Shown: positions 20,485 to 30,580, counted from the stretch's first letter. The stretch is 48,259 nt of DNA from Candidatus Tectimicrobiota bacterium (GCA_016192455.1 JACPUC010000028.1:62001-110259), one strand, 5' to 3'. Notes: generated by a model from the sequence alone, not told the origin. Numbers and translations are program-made.

Positions 20485-20702
20485 AGGGGCGGTTCGCGAA
20501 CCGCCCCTACGCCTGACCTCACACGTACGCGCAGGGTCGAGCCTTGTAGGGGCAGGGCGTGCCCTGCCCGCCCGCACCTCACCTCATCACATCCGTGCGG
20601 GATCGTGCCGGCGGGGGAAGGACGGGGCAAGCCCCGCCCCTACCTCACCTCACGCGTGCGGGTCGGGCCGGATGGTGGGGGCGATTCGCGAACCGCCCCT
20701 AC
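20485..20702. repeat. REP/BIME-like array of four GTAG-type palindromes with related linkers
   Basis: Units at 20485-20510, 20546-20569, 20620-20643 and 20675-20702, each a GC hairpin ending in CCCCTAC or starting with GTAGGGG; linkers share acctca...g(t)gcgg(g)...tcg. Confidence 0.8.
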
Positions 20703-20820
20703 GAGATGCTCCGTGCGCCTTCGTCGTGCTCATTGCTGGCGCGCCCCTCGGCGGCCCAAGTTCAACGCCGAAGGGCAGCGGTCATGTTCTAAGGCACGCG
20801 CTCCGCCCGCTACCCCCGTC

Positions 20821-21288
20821 TCACATGCCGAACTGCGAGCGCGCCTCATCCATCACCTTGGCGGTGATGCGCGTCTCGCCGCGCTGGCGGGCGAACTCCT
20901 CGATACCGCTCTTCGCCATCGGCCGCACGAAGCTGGGGATGCGCTGGAGGCGCTCGGCGGCCTCATCGGTCCACACCGGCGCGCCCTGCTGGGAGGCGGT
21001 CTCGCCTGGGGCCTCCATGTCGCCCGCCAGCTCCTTCTCGCGCAGCATGCCGCTGATCGGACACTTGCCGGACGCCGCCGCGGCTCCGTCGGCGGCCGGC
21101 TGCGTGCCGGCAACCCCAAGCTGCACATCCATCGACCTCAGCAAGTGCGTCTCGCCGGGGTTCGTGAGCATGCCGAAGCGCGCCTTGCAAGTGGGACAAG
21201 CGAGGATGATCGTCAGCGAGTCGCGGCGCGGCCCCTCAAGGTCGGCCAGGCGCATCTGCTCATCGCACTGCAAACAAAGGAACTTCAT
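20821..21288 (-). CDS. zinc-ribbon (CxxC...CxxC) plus PCP_red domain protein
   Basis: MKFLCLQCDEQM...LACPTC, GKCPISG, WTDEAAERLQRIPSFVRPMAK; ATGA overlap with mrp. Confidence 0.8.
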   Translation of the reverse strand: MKFLCLQCDEQMRLADLEGPRRDSLTIILACPTCKARFGMLTNPGETHLLRSMDVQLGVAGTQPAADGAAAASGKCPISGMLREKELAGDMEAPGETASQQGAPVWTDEAAERLQRIPSFVRPMAKSGIEEFARQRGETRITAKVMDEARSQFGM

Positions 21289-22226
21289 GGAAGGTCTCCA
21301 TGTTGGGTGGCGGGTGCGGTCGTCGTCGAAGGCTGCTCCACCTCAACCAAGCCGGCCTCGATCAGCCGGGCAACGCTGGTGATCGCTCGTGACGCGGGCG
21401 CTTCAGGATGCTCGAGAAGGAAGGGGCGCCCGGCATCGCTGGCGGCTCCGAGACGGGGATCGAAGGGGATGCCGCCGAGGTACGGGACACCGTGCCGCGC
21501 CGCCAACATCACCGCACTCTCGCTGCTGCTAAAGAGCGGTCCAATCTCGCCGCACCCCTGGCAGACGTAGCCAGCCATGTTCTCCACCACACCCAGCACT
21601 CTTCGCTTTACAACCTCCGTGGCCATCGTGATGGACTTGCCGACGATGAACTGCGACATCTCCGATGGGATGGTGACGACCACCGCGGCGGCAGACTCGG
21701 GCAGCAGGCTGCTGACGTTCTGCAGGCGATCCGTGCCGGGCGGCAGGTCGATGAGCAGGAAGTCGAGCTCACCCCAGGCGGCCTCGGTGAGGAAGTGGCG
21801 CAGCGTGTTGACCTCGAGGTTGCCGCGCCACATGTAGGTCTCCCGCGGCGGTCCTTCCCAAGTCACGGGCGTGGCGTCGCCCGCCAGGAAGAGGTCCATG
21901 CTCAACACCTTGATGCCCTGGCTGCTGCGGGCGGGTTCCAACCCCTGCGCCGCGGCGGGGAAGCGCTGCTGGCGCACCCCCAGCATGGCGGCGATGGACG
22001 GGCCGTTGAGGTCGCCGTCCAGCACACCCACCCGCCGGCCGGCGGCGGCGAACGCCAGGGCGAGATTGGCCGTCAGCAGGCTCTTTCCCACGCCTCCTTT
22101 GCCGCTCATCACCGCAACCACCCAGCGGACGCGGGCGAGACGGTCGAGGAGCCGCTTCTGTTGCTCCGCCACCTGGGCGGCAATGTTCGAGCCCCCGTCA
22201 CCTTGCAGGTCAAAGTAGCTTTTCAT
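21285..22226 (-). CDS. Mrp/NBP35 (ApbC-like) P-loop Fe-S carrier ATPase
   Basis: VAVMSGKGGVGKS, LDGDLNGPS, WGELDFLLIDLPPGT, GVVENMAGYVCQGC, IPFDP; start taken at MKSYFD. Confidence 0.92.
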   Translation of the reverse strand: MKSYFDLQGDGGSNIAAQVAEQQKRLLDRLARVRWVVAVMSGKGGVGKSLLTANLALAFAAAGRRVGVLDGDLNGPSIAAMLGVRQQRFPAAAQGLEPARSSQGIKVLSMDLFLAGDATPVTWEGPPRETYMWRGNLEVNTLRHFLTEAAWGELDFLLIDLPPGTDRLQNVSSLLPESAAAVVVTIPSEMSQFIVGKSITMATEVVKRRVLGVVENMAGYVCQGCGEIGPLFSSSESAVMLAARHGVPYLGGIPFDPRLGAASDAGRPFLLEHPEAPASRAITSVARLIEAGLVEVEQPSTTTAPATQHGDLP

Positions 22227-22388
22227 TACCGAGAGCATCCCCAGCAAGAACAGTGAAGAGCATGCAGGAGTCACAGCCCTGCCCGACCAGGAGCGCCTCT
22301 GGGCCCTCGTGGCCGCGCCCCGGCCGCGGTCGCCGCGCCGCCGCGCCTGAAGCTGGGGTGGGAGCGCGGCCCTCCTCCTCGACTCGAA

Positions 22389-22417
22389 TTGACAAGCGCG
22401 GTCGGCTATATTATAAG
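22389..22417 (+). promoter_or_regulatory. sigma70 promoter of tRNA-Ala
   Basis: TTGACA, 17-nt spacer, TATAAG. Confidence 0.7.
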
Positions 22418-22459
22418 CGAACGATCGCGCCGGGGTTCAACCCCCTTCTGGATGCGTGT

Positions 22460-22535
22460 GGGGACGTAGCTCAGCTGGGAGAGCGCTGGAATCGCACTCC
22501 AGAGGTCGAGGGTTCGAATCCCTTCGTCTCCACCA
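22460..22535 (+). tRNA. tRNA-Ala(CGC)
   Basis: Cloverleaf with GGGGACG/CGTCTCC acceptor stem (G3:U70), anticodon arm CTGGA-ATCGCAC-TCCAG, TTCGAAT T-loop, encoded CCA. Confidence 0.97.
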
Positions 22536-22834
22536 GAACCTACACTGAGGTGCGGGATTCCCACCCTGCCGACCTCGAGCCGACGCGCCCGCTTCGCCAG
22601 GCCATCAGGCAGCTCCCCGCTCCTTCCCCTCCCTCGTCGAGAACTCAAGGTGGTTTTCCTGTACGGGGGCTTCCCTCTTCATCTCCCCCGGGATAATCCC
22701 ACGCCGCCTACGCGAGCCGCCACGCAGCGCGCGAGGAAGGGGCGTGGCCGGAAACACCGGTCCCCACAGGAACCCTTCCCGCTGGTTCCCCTTTTCACGC
22801 AGCAAATCAGTCCGCGACCTCGTGAGACATCCCC

Positions 22835-23044
22835 TTAGCCGGAGACGAGCTTGTAGCCGAGTTCCACCACCTTCGCCTTCAGATGTTGCAACGTCTCCGC
22901 CTTGTCGTACGTCACCTGCGCTTGTTTGCGCTCCAGGGAGACCTTGATGGTGCCGGCGCCGGTGACCGAGGCAAGCCCCTCGGTGACGCGCTTCACGCAA
23001 TGCTCGCAGGTCATGCCTTCAATGCCGAGAACCGCTGTTGCCAT
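22835..23044 (-). CDS. HMA-domain copper chaperone, CopZ-like
   Basis: 69 aa; IEGMTCEHCVKRV; AGAGGAAG RBS. Confidence 0.92.
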   Translation of the reverse strand: MATAVLGIEGMTCEHCVKRVTEGLASVTGAGTIKVSLERKQAQVTYDKAETLQHLKAKVVELGYKLVSG

Positions 23045-23153
23045 CTTCTTCCTCTCCTGCGCCCGCCAGCCGCGAACAATTGGGTGAGAGCGCCAAACCG
23101 CGGGCCGTGCGCCCTCCCCCTTGCACGCTCACGCAGACGCGCCCGCCGCGGCG

Positions 23154-24548
23154 CTATGGCTCGCTGAGCGCCTCGAGATCAAGGTTCTCCCAGAGCCGCC
23201 GCGGCACCTCGGCCCGCGCCGGAAAGGGCGCCTCCACGGTCTTCGTGGCGTCGATGAGCACCTTGGTGTTGAGGCCGTTCGGCTCGGCGCGGCTGCGGAT
23301 GGTATACCCCGACACCTCCAGGACGTTGGTGTAGACATCGTTGATGAAGCAGAAGTCCAGGCTCGGCTTGGTGCGCGTCGCCACGGCCCAGAGCACCTCG
23401 TCGGTGTTATGGATGTCGATGTCTTCATCCACGACGATGACGTAGGTGGGCCGGAAGGCCGCGCCAAGCGCGGCAAGTCCCGCCTGCTTCGCCAGCCCGT
23501 CGAACTCGGTGCGGATTTTCAGCACCGCCATGCCGACGTTCAGGAAGCGCACGTCGAGGAGCTGCGGGATCAGCTCCTTCACCTTCTGGTAAAGCGCGAT
23601 CGGGCGCAGGTCGATGGGACCGCGCGGCAGGCGGATATCCGCCATGGGGATGTTCTGGTAGCGGGCGTCGCGGCGGTGCGTGATCGCGGTGATCTCCAGC
23701 ACCGGGCTCTGCCGCTGCAGGCCGTAGTACTTGTGGTACTCGCCGAAGGGGGCCTCAGGCTCGCGGTGATGGGGTGGGACGACCCCTTCAATAACGATCT
23801 CGGCATACGCCGGCACGTAGAGGTCCACCGTCTCGCACTTCACCACCTCGAGCGGCTCCTGCAGGAGGCCGCCGATAAGTCCATACTCATTGCAAATGCC
23901 GGTCGGCGCCGAGGACGGGCCGGCAAAGACCGACCCCATGAACACCGCCGGGTGGTGACCGAGGAAGACCGCCACCTCCATCGGCTCGTCGGCTTGCTCG
24001 CGCAGGTAGTAGATGTGTTTCGTCTCGATGCTGTCACCCAGGAAGAAGAAGCCGAGCCGCCGTTTCTCCCCCTTGTACATGAGGCGATAGACGCCGCAGT
24101 TCTGTTTGCCGGTCTCCGGATTCTTCACTGTGGTGATGCCGGCGGTGATGTAGGGAGCCGCGTCGAGCTCCGCATGCTTGACGATGGGCAGCATACCGAT
24201 GTCAATGTCGTCCCCCTTTAGGATCACATCCTTGATCGGACCCGACTCCACGATGCGCGGCGGAATCGGGGCCGCCAGCCGCCGCACGATCTCATCCCGC
24301 AACTTCGCCTCCGGCGTGGCGAAGGCGATCGACTGCTTGCGCAGAGTATCGACGAGACGGCTGGAGACGATGGGGAAGCGCGAGCCTTTCACCTTCTCGC
24401 AGTAGACCACCGGCCAGCGGTTCTCCGCCTGCAGCTTACGGGCGATGGCCACCGGACCGAACTCCGGATCAACCTCCCGGCGCACGCGAAACACTTCCTC
24501 CGGCGCGCGTTCCTCCAAATCCTCCAGGAATGAGCGCAAGTCCTTCAT
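23154..24548 (-). CDS. UbiD-family (prFMN-dependent) decarboxylase
   Basis: MKDLRSFL, QNCGVYR, VPAYAEIVIEG, EAPFGEY, VIVVDEDIDI, VLWAVATR, KVLIDAT. Confidence 0.93.
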   Translation of the reverse strand: MKDLRSFLEDLEERAPEEVFRVRREVDPEFGPVAIARKLQAENRWPVVYCEKVKGSRFPIVSSRLVDTLRKQSIAFATPEAKLRDEIVRRLAAPIPPRIVESGPIKDVILKGDDIDIGMLPIVKHAELDAAPYITAGITTVKNPETGKQNCGVYRLMYKGEKRRLGFFFLGDSIETKHIYYLREQADEPMEVAVFLGHHPAVFMGSVFAGPSSAPTGICNEYGLIGGLLQEPLEVVKCETVDLYVPAYAEIVIEGVVPPHHREPEAPFGEYHKYYGLQRQSPVLEITAITHRRDARYQNIPMADIRLPRGPIDLRPIALYQKVKELIPQLLDVRFLNVGMAVLKIRTEFDGLAKQAGLAALGAAFRPTYVIVVDEDIDIHNTDEVLWAVATRTKPSLDFCFINDVYTNVLEVSGYTIRSRAEPNGLNTKVLIDATKTVEAPFPARAEVPRRLWENLDLEALSEP

Positions 24549-24836
24549 CGGTTGGGCATCCTTTCAACCGTCAGACACCTGACCTGCCGCGGATCACACC
24601 GCTGCTCCCCGGCTGCCGCGGTTCTCCTGGCCCCGCTCGCCGCGGCATCGGGCGCACGGCGCGGATAACTCGGTTCATGCAGGTTCCGCAGTGATGCTCC
24701 CCTCCAGGCGGCGACCCTGCACGCCCCTGCGCCAGATGCCGGCGCCGCTTGCCGATCCGTCGCCACCGACCGCGCGAGGCCCTCCCGCGGGCGCGCCGCG
24801 GCCGCGGCCGAGTGGCCGTGCGGCGTGCCAGGGGGC

Positions 24837-24864
24837 TTGCATCAAGCGCGGAATGGTCTATAGT
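24837..24864 (+). promoter_or_regulatory. candidate sigma70 promoter for the solute-binding protein gene
   Basis: TTGCAT, 16-nt spacer, TATAGT. Confidence 0.45.
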
Positions 24865-25002
24865 GCAGAGCTGCTGAGGAAAATGCAAATGGGGGCGGAG
24901 ACCACGCGCCGTCGCCGGGAATCCCAGGGCGGGAGGAAGAGCTGCGACGGCCTGCGCTCACGGAACCGGTTCACCCCGGAGAAGGTAAGGAGGAGGAGAG
25001 CA

Positions 25003-26016
25003 ATGTCTCGGGCAAGGGGCTATCAACGCCTCATTCTGCTTCTCGTCAGCATGGTGCTTGCGGGCAGCCTGCTCGCCCCGCCGGCGCGGGGAGCCGATAC
25101 GGTCGAGCAGGGGTACATGCCGTTCATCTCATTCGCGCCGCTCTTCGTCGGCATCGAGAAGGGCTTCTACACCGAGCTGGGCATCGAGCTGAAAATGACG
25201 CGCTTCGCCGATGGCAGCAAGATGATCGCGCCCCTGGGGCGGGGCGATCTCGATGTCGCCTCGGGTTCGCCCACGGCCGGCCTTTACAACGCCATCGCCT
25301 CCGGCCTGAAGTTCCGCATCGTCGCCGACAAGGGGCAGGTGCGCAAGGGCGAGCCGGGGTTCGTCCCCCTCGTGGTGCGCAAGGACCTCTTCGACTCGGG
25401 TCGGGTGAAGAAGCTGGCGGACATCAAGGGGCTGGTGATCGGTCAGATCACGAAGGGCGCCATCAGCGAGTATAGCCTGATGCGCATGGCCAAGGTGGCG
25501 GGGCTGAGCTTCGAGGAGCTTAACCAAAACCAAAAGTACCTCTCGCCCCCGAAGCAGTACCAGGCCTTGAAGACCAAAGCGATCGATCTGGCCTCCACGG
25601 TGGAGCCATGGGGCACCAGTTCCGTGCTCGACGGCGATGGGGTCATCCTGGCAACGAGTCTGGAATGGCTCGATCGCGACGTTTTCCAGATCGCCACCAT
25701 GATGTTCTCCGGCAAGTTCATCGCCGAGCGCCGTCCGGTGGCCCAGCGCTGGGTGAATGCCTACGTCAAGAGCATCCAGTACATGAACAAGCAAGGCATT
25801 GCTTCCGAGTCGATTGTGCCGATTATCAACAAGTGGACGAAAGCCGGCGACCAGATGATCAAGAAGTCCATCCCTCCCCGCTTCGCGGATGATGGCAGCG
25901 TCGATAAGCCATCACTCGAGCTGTCGCAGGACTTCTACTTCGAGCGCGGCCTGATGAAGCAGAAGATCTCGATGGACGAGGCGGTTGACCTGAGCTTCGT
26001 GCGCAACGTCAAGTAA
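25003..26016 (+). CDS. ABC transporter substrate-binding protein, SsuA/THI5/NMT1-like
   Basis: AAGGAGGAGG RBS; signal peptide; FAPLFVGIEKGFY, VRKDLFDSG, DLASTVEPW. Confidence 0.88.
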   Translation: MSRARGYQRLILLLVSMVLAGSLLAPPARGADTVEQGYMPFISFAPLFVGIEKGFYTELGIELKMTRFADGSKMIAPLGRGDLDVASGSPTAGLYNAIASGLKFRIVADKGQVRKGEPGFVPLVVRKDLFDSGRVKKLADIKGLVIGQITKGAISEYSLMRMAKVAGLSFEELNQNQKYLSPPKQYQALKTKAIDLASTVEPWGTSSVLDGDGVILATSLEWLDRDVFQIATMMFSGKFIAERRPVAQRWVNAYVKSIQYMNKQGIASESIVPIINKWTKAGDQMIKKSIPPRFADDGSVDKPSLELSQDFYFERGLMKQKISMDEAVDLSFVRNVK

Positions 26017-26285
26017 CGGCGACCCCAGCGGGCGCGGAGGGATCTTCCTCCCGACCTCGAAGAGAAGTCCCTGGCGCCCCTCTCTCCGCGTGGGGGGGCG
26101 CAGCTCCCTGCCGCTTCGGCCCCCATCTGGTCATGGATTCCACTTCCGCGAGATATGAAGAGGGGGGCTGCATCGTTCAGCCCCCCACGCCGCCACAGTA
26201 CGGCTGATGAAACCGCGGGCAGTCCACCACCCTGGCTCATCCATCTTCCTCTCACGCCGCAGGAGCGGACCGCTGAGATCGCTTC

Positions 26286-27467
26286 CTACGGGTTGACGAT
26301 TTCAAACTTGCCGTTCCGAACCTCGAGAATCAGCGCCTTGCGTTTGCCGTCGCCGTCTTCGTTGATGCTCATGGTGCCGCTCAGCACCGGGTGGTCCTTG
26401 AGGTTTTGCCAGCAATCGCGCACCTTCACGCGGTCGCTCTCCAGGTCTTTCGGATCGAGGGTGGCGCCGGATTTTTCGATGCAGTTCTTGTAAATCCACA
26501 TCGTTTCGTACTGGAAGATCGCCACGAAGTGCGGGCGGCGATGGAACGGATCGAGATCGACGTACCTCTTCACCCAGGCGGCGATCTTCGGATCGGGGCT
26601 GTCCAGCCACAATCCCGCCGCAATGATGGTCCCCTCGGTGGCCTTGCCGCCGAGTTCGATGAAGGTCGGCACCGCGAGCGGCTGCGGACCCCAAAACGAC
26701 TGTTGCATGCCCTGGCGCCGCACTTCCCGAGCCACGCCGGCGCCCTCGTTTTGCAACGCCGCGATCACAATACCACCGGGATTGAGCTGCTTGACCTTGG
26801 TGACGTGGGCGCTGAAATCGACGTTGCCACTTTGGAAACTCACCGTATCAAGAAGCTCTACGTTCAGTATTTTCAGCAAGGAAGGCACCACGATCGTGCC
26901 GTTGGCCTTGCTGACGATGTCCTTGTTATCAACGAAGATCGCCACGCTCTTGATCTTGTTCTTCTTCACCCAATACTCAAGGGCCGGCCAGGCGCTGTCC
27001 GCCTCGAGAGTCGTGTTCCGGAAAGCCCAGGGGCGATTCTTCGCGCCGATCCCAGGCGCCGAGGAGGCCGAGCTGACGATCGGCACCTGGGCCCGGTTGG
27101 CGATCGGAAAGGTGACGAGCGTGCAACTGCTCAGCAGCGGACCGGCAAGCGCGAAGACCTTGTCGCGCTCGATGAGCCGGCGCACCACGTTGATGCATTC
27201 GTCCGGCTTGCTGGCGTCGTCGTAATGGATGACGCGCAGCTTCTTGCCCTTGATGCCGCCCGCGGCGTTGATGTCCTCCACCGCCATGTCGGTGGCGATG
27301 CGCTGCTGCCGACCATACTCACCGGCCGGGCCGGAAACGGACAACGGCACGCCGATGACCACTTCATGGCTACTCGCCTGGGCGCTGGCCTGCGGCAGCA
27401 TGACCAGGCCGAGAGCCGCCGCCACCATGACGACGCGTGTTACGAACCGACTGTACCGCATGCTCAT
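26286..27467 (-). CDS. LivJ/LivK-type (Peripla_BP_6) substrate-binding protein
   Basis: Signal peptide; AVEDINAAGGIKGKKL, YDDASKP, GPLLSS, PWAFRN, DFSAHVTK; start 27467 or 27461. Confidence 0.9.
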   Translation of the reverse strand: MSMRYSRFVTRVVMVAAALGLVMLPQASAQASSHEVVIGVPLSVSGPAGEYGRQQRIATDMAVEDINAAGGIKGKKLRVIHYDDASKPDECINVVRRLIERDKVFALAGPLLSSCTLVTFPIANRAQVPIVSSASSAPGIGAKNRPWAFRNTTLEADSAWPALEYWVKKNKIKSVAIFVDNKDIVSKANGTIVVPSLLKILNVELLDTVSFQSGNVDFSAHVTKVKQLNPGGIVIAALQNEGAGVAREVRRQGMQQSFWGPQPLAVPTFIELGGKATEGTIIAAGLWLDSPDPKIAAWVKRYVDLDPFHRRPHFVAIFQYETMWIYKNCIEKSGATLDPKDLESDRVKVRDCWQNLKDHPVLSGTMSINEDGDGKRKALILEVRNGKFEIVNP

Positions 27468-27973
27468 CCCCCCTCTGGCGCGCATTGAAACTCCATCGTT
27501 CACGAGCTGAATATCACATATCCCGTTGGAAATTCCCCAGCAGTCCTCCCGAATGGTTACACGACGTTGTGCCTTATGTCAACCCATCGCTCGTCCATGA
27601 TTACCTCGAGCTCCACGGCTCGCCGTGGCCGGCAAGGCGTCGGACGTCCTGCTCGGACACTTCGCGTACCTCATCCTGACTCGCGTCGGTGACTCGGGGA
27701 GAGGGAACTTTTGCGCTGAAATCGTGGAACACCATGAGGGGCAATGAGTTACTTAACTATCTCGAAACCGCGCCGCAGCCATTTAGCATGGTTCGCGTGA
27801 GGTGTGCGGCCTCGCATCGGCACTGCCCAGCGCGAGGGCTACCCTCGTGCCATGCCCGCCAGCCCCCTGTCGCCGAGGATCGGCGGAGGGGCTGGTGCGC
27901 GGCTGGCAAAGATATTGGCTCGCCCGCCGTCACGCGGCGCCCTTGCTTCGCGGCTCAGTTCTTCAGCCGCGGC

Positions 27974-28714
27974 TCACTTCGCCACCCCAGCTCGCCGGCG
28001 CAACAGAAGGCCACGGCGTGCCGCAGCCAGCGCTCCCGTGGCCCACTCCATCATAGCCCTCCCCCACCAGGTCCAGGCACGTATCCCCAGGAGCAGCAGG
28101 AGGATGGCGCCGTATTTCGCCGGCGAGCTGATGTCCGACTTCACCAGCAAAAGGAAGTGCAGCACCCCCAGGAAGCCGATCACGTAGATCAGGCGATGGA
28201 GCTGCAGCCAGCGCTTGCCGAGGCGCCTGATCATCTTCTTCGTGGAGGTGACGGCAAGCGGCACCAGGAGGGTGAACGCGGTTGCGCCGATCGTGATGTA
28301 CGGCCGCTTCGTCACATCCTCGAGGATCATCCGCCAGGCGAAGAACTGGTCGAGCACGAGGTACGATGCCGCATGCAGGCAGGCATAGGTGAAGGCGAAG
28401 AGGCCCAGCATGCGCCGGTAGCGGATGAGCCAGGTCCAGCCGCTGAGGCGCCGGGCCGGTGTGATCGCCAGGGTGATGAGAAGGAAGCGGAGCGCCCAGC
28501 GGCCGTTGCGGGCGATGATCGCAGTGATGGGATTGGCCCCCAGGTTGGCGCTCCACGCATCCCAGGCAAGAAGCGCCAGGGGCGCCAGGCAGGCGAGAAA
28601 CAGGGTAGGCTTCAGGAGCCAGAGCAGGCGTTGCGGCGCCGTCACGCTGTCACCTCGGATCACCACCATGCTCGACAGAATACTGGGGAATACGGCAGGA
28701 GCTCCGGGCGGCAT
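27974..28714 (-). CDS. msrQ: methionine sulfoxide reductase heme-binding membrane subunit MsrQ
   Basis: LGANPI, RRMLGLFAFTYACLH, KRPYITIG, PLAVTS, WLQLHRLIY, LHFLL; TGATG overlap with msrP. Confidence 0.95.
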   Translation of the reverse strand: MPPGAPAVFPSILSSMVVIRGDSVTAPQRLLWLLKPTLFLACLAPLALLAWDAWSANLGANPITAIIARNGRWALRFLLITLAITPARRLSGWTWLIRYRRMLGLFAFTYACLHAASYLVLDQFFAWRMILEDVTKRPYITIGATAFTLLVPLAVTSTKKMIRRLGKRWLQLHRLIYVIGFLGVLHFLLLVKSDISSPAKYGAILLLLLGIRAWTWWGRAMMEWATGALAAARRGLLLRRRAGVAK

Positions 28715-29700
28715 CAGTAGTTCTTCGTCAGGTCCATGCCGGAGTAAAGCTTCGCCACCTCGTCTCCGTAGCCGTTGAACATCAACGTCGGGCGCTTCAG
28801 GAACTCCCCCAGGCGGCGCTCGCGCTTCTGGCTCCAGCGCGGATGATCGACGTTGGGGTTGACGTTCGAGTAGAAGCCATACTCCTGCGGCGCCTGCATG
28901 TTCCAGCTCGTCGGCGGCGGCTGCTCGATGAAGCGCATGGCCACGATAGACTTGATGCTCTTGAAACCGTACTTCCAGGGGACGACGAGACGGATGGGCG
29001 CGCCGTTCTGGTTTGGCAGCACCTTGCCGTAAAGCCCCACCGACAGGATCGTCAGGGGATGGGTGGCCTCATCCAGGCGCAGCCCTTCGCGGTAAGGCCA
29101 CTCGAGCACCGACCCGAAGAGCGACGGACGCTGCCCCGGCATCTGCGCCGCATCCAGCAGCGTCTCGAAGGCGATATACTTCGCCTTCGAGGTGGGGCCG
29201 AATCGTTTCACCACCTCCTTCAGGGGAAACCCCACCCAGGGGATGACCATCGACCAGGCCTCCACACAGCGCAGACGGTAGATGCGCTCCTCAAGCGCAT
29301 TGGGTTTGATCAGGTCGTCCAGGTCGTAGACGCCGGGCTTTTCGCACTCCCCACTCACCTTGATTGTCCAGGGCCGAGCCTTCAACGATCCCGCATGGCT
29401 CGCTGGATCACCCTTGTCGGTCCCGAACTCATAGAAATTGTTATACGTGGTGATGTCCTTGTAGGCGTTGAGCTTTTCGCTCGTGCTGTAGGGACTCTTC
29501 GCCAGCGGCTCAAGCTTCCCGCCGGTCGGCGCCGACGCATCGGCGCGCGCCGCGGCCGAACCGAGCAGCAGCGGCGTCGCCGATGCCGCTGCGGCGGCGA
29601 GGGCCGCACCGCGCAGGAATCGGCGCCGATCCCAGAACAACTTTTCGTCGGTGATCTCGCTCGACCTCACCTCCGAAGGCTTCCTTACCTTGATCAACAT
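28714..29700 (-). CDS. msrP: periplasmic molybdoenzyme methionine sulfoxide reductase MsrP
   Basis: MLIK...SEIT, Tat motif [53 protein letters not shown]. Confidence 0.97.
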   Translation of the reverse strand: MLIKVRKPSEVRSSEITDEKLFWDRRRFLRGAALAAAAASATPLLLGSAAARADASAPTGGKLEPLAKSPYSTSEKLNAYKDITTYNNFYEFGTDKGDPASHAGSLKARPWTIKVSGECEKPGVYDLDDLIKPNALEERIYRLRCVEAWSMVIPWVGFPLKEVVKRFGPTSKAKYIAFETLLDAAQMPGQRPSLFGSVLEWPYREGLRLDEATHPLTILSVGLYGKVLPNQNGAPIRLVVPWKYGFKSIKSIVAMRFIEQPPPTSWNMQAPQEYGFYSNVNPNVDHPRWSQKRERRLGEFLKRPTLMFNGYGDEVAKLYSGMDLTKNY

Positions 29701-30374
29701 GGTGCGTACCCTCATGCGAAAGCAAACGTGGCGGCAAGACCCCTCCAAACTCGGGAGACCCGTTCCCGCCACCTGATGGGAGTTGCAATCCTGACGCGCC
29801 GGAGCGCCAGCAGCCCTCCAGCTCCAGCGCCGCCCCGCTCCTCTCCGCCGGGACAGGACGCCGTCGCGCCGCAGGGGCCGCCTCACAGCTACCCCCAACC
29901 GAGGCACGCCGCCGCCTCTGCGCGGCTCACGGAACTGCCCCTGGCGCGCCGCGCCCCCGATCGCCTCCAGCCAACACCCTTCCTTGCCAGTATAAAACGA
30001 GAAGAGCACCAATGAAATTCCATTTTCTCTGTGACTATTGGCAAAACCGCGCCTGACATAGGGAAGCGAACACTACCAGCCAGGCGCTGCCGCCGACTTT
30101 AGTAGTCCCCTGCCCAAAGCACCAGTGGGGAGAGGCCCGGGCCGTTCGACTGCTCTTCCCGCGGCGGCCGAACCCTGCTCTCAAAGCATCGCTTTCCGCC
30201 ACCTCTTGGTGTAGAATTTGCTCCCTAGAGCCGAGCAACCGCGACGCGATTCTGGTCGCGCGGAGTGGCTCGGTGCCGCGCCACCTGCGCAGGCGGCGAA
30301 TCTCTGAAGAATGCACAGGTCTCCCCATGCGCCTGACCGGCAAGCCAGATCCCGCCAATGTCACGTCTTTCTTC

Positions 30375-30451
30375 GCGCCAGTAGCTCAGCAGGACAGAGC
30401 AGCGGACTTCTAATCCGCAGGTCGCAGGTTCGAGCCCTGCCTGGCGCGCCA
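30375..30451 (+). tRNA. tRNA-Arg(TCT)
   Basis: GCGCCAG/CTGGCGC acceptor stem, GCGGA-CTTCTAA-TCCGC anticodon arm, GGTTCGAG T-loop, encoded CCA. Confidence 0.97.
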
Positions 30452-30580
30452 ATTTAACTTATTGAAGAAAAGTAAGTTGTGGGATCGTGGGAAGGAACTG
30501 CCTGGTAGCTATTAGGCTTTTGCAGCGGTGCGCGCCGCATTTGCGCCGCGTCCGTGCATGCGGCCGGCCAAGAGGCACGG

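Noticed and set aside
20485-20702. Possible CRISPR array
   Set aside because: The repeats differ and occur in both orientations, the spacers resemble each other, and there are no cas genes; it fits REP/BIME
19197-21288. Chlorophyll biosynthesis or photosynthesis genes
   Set aside because: Only the small PCP_red domain is present; no nitrogenase-like BchN/BchB core or BchL
20470-21570. 366-aa plus-strand ORF
   Set aside because: Runs through REP repeats and antisense to real genes
29701-30012. N-terminal extension of MsrP in the ORF track; similar long starts for hyuA, hyuB, the SBP, the LLM and hisIE
   Set aside because: Family N-termini and RBS or stop-start overlaps point to the downstream starts used here
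22536-30374. Intact integrative element between the two tRNAs
   Set aside because: No integrase, transposase or convincing att direct repeat; the CTGGCGCGCC match near 29941 is too short to count in GC-rich DNA
30225-30452. 75-aa ORF MARQAGLEPATCGLEVRCS, and the ORF over tRNA-Ala
   Set aside because: Spurious translations of tRNA sequence
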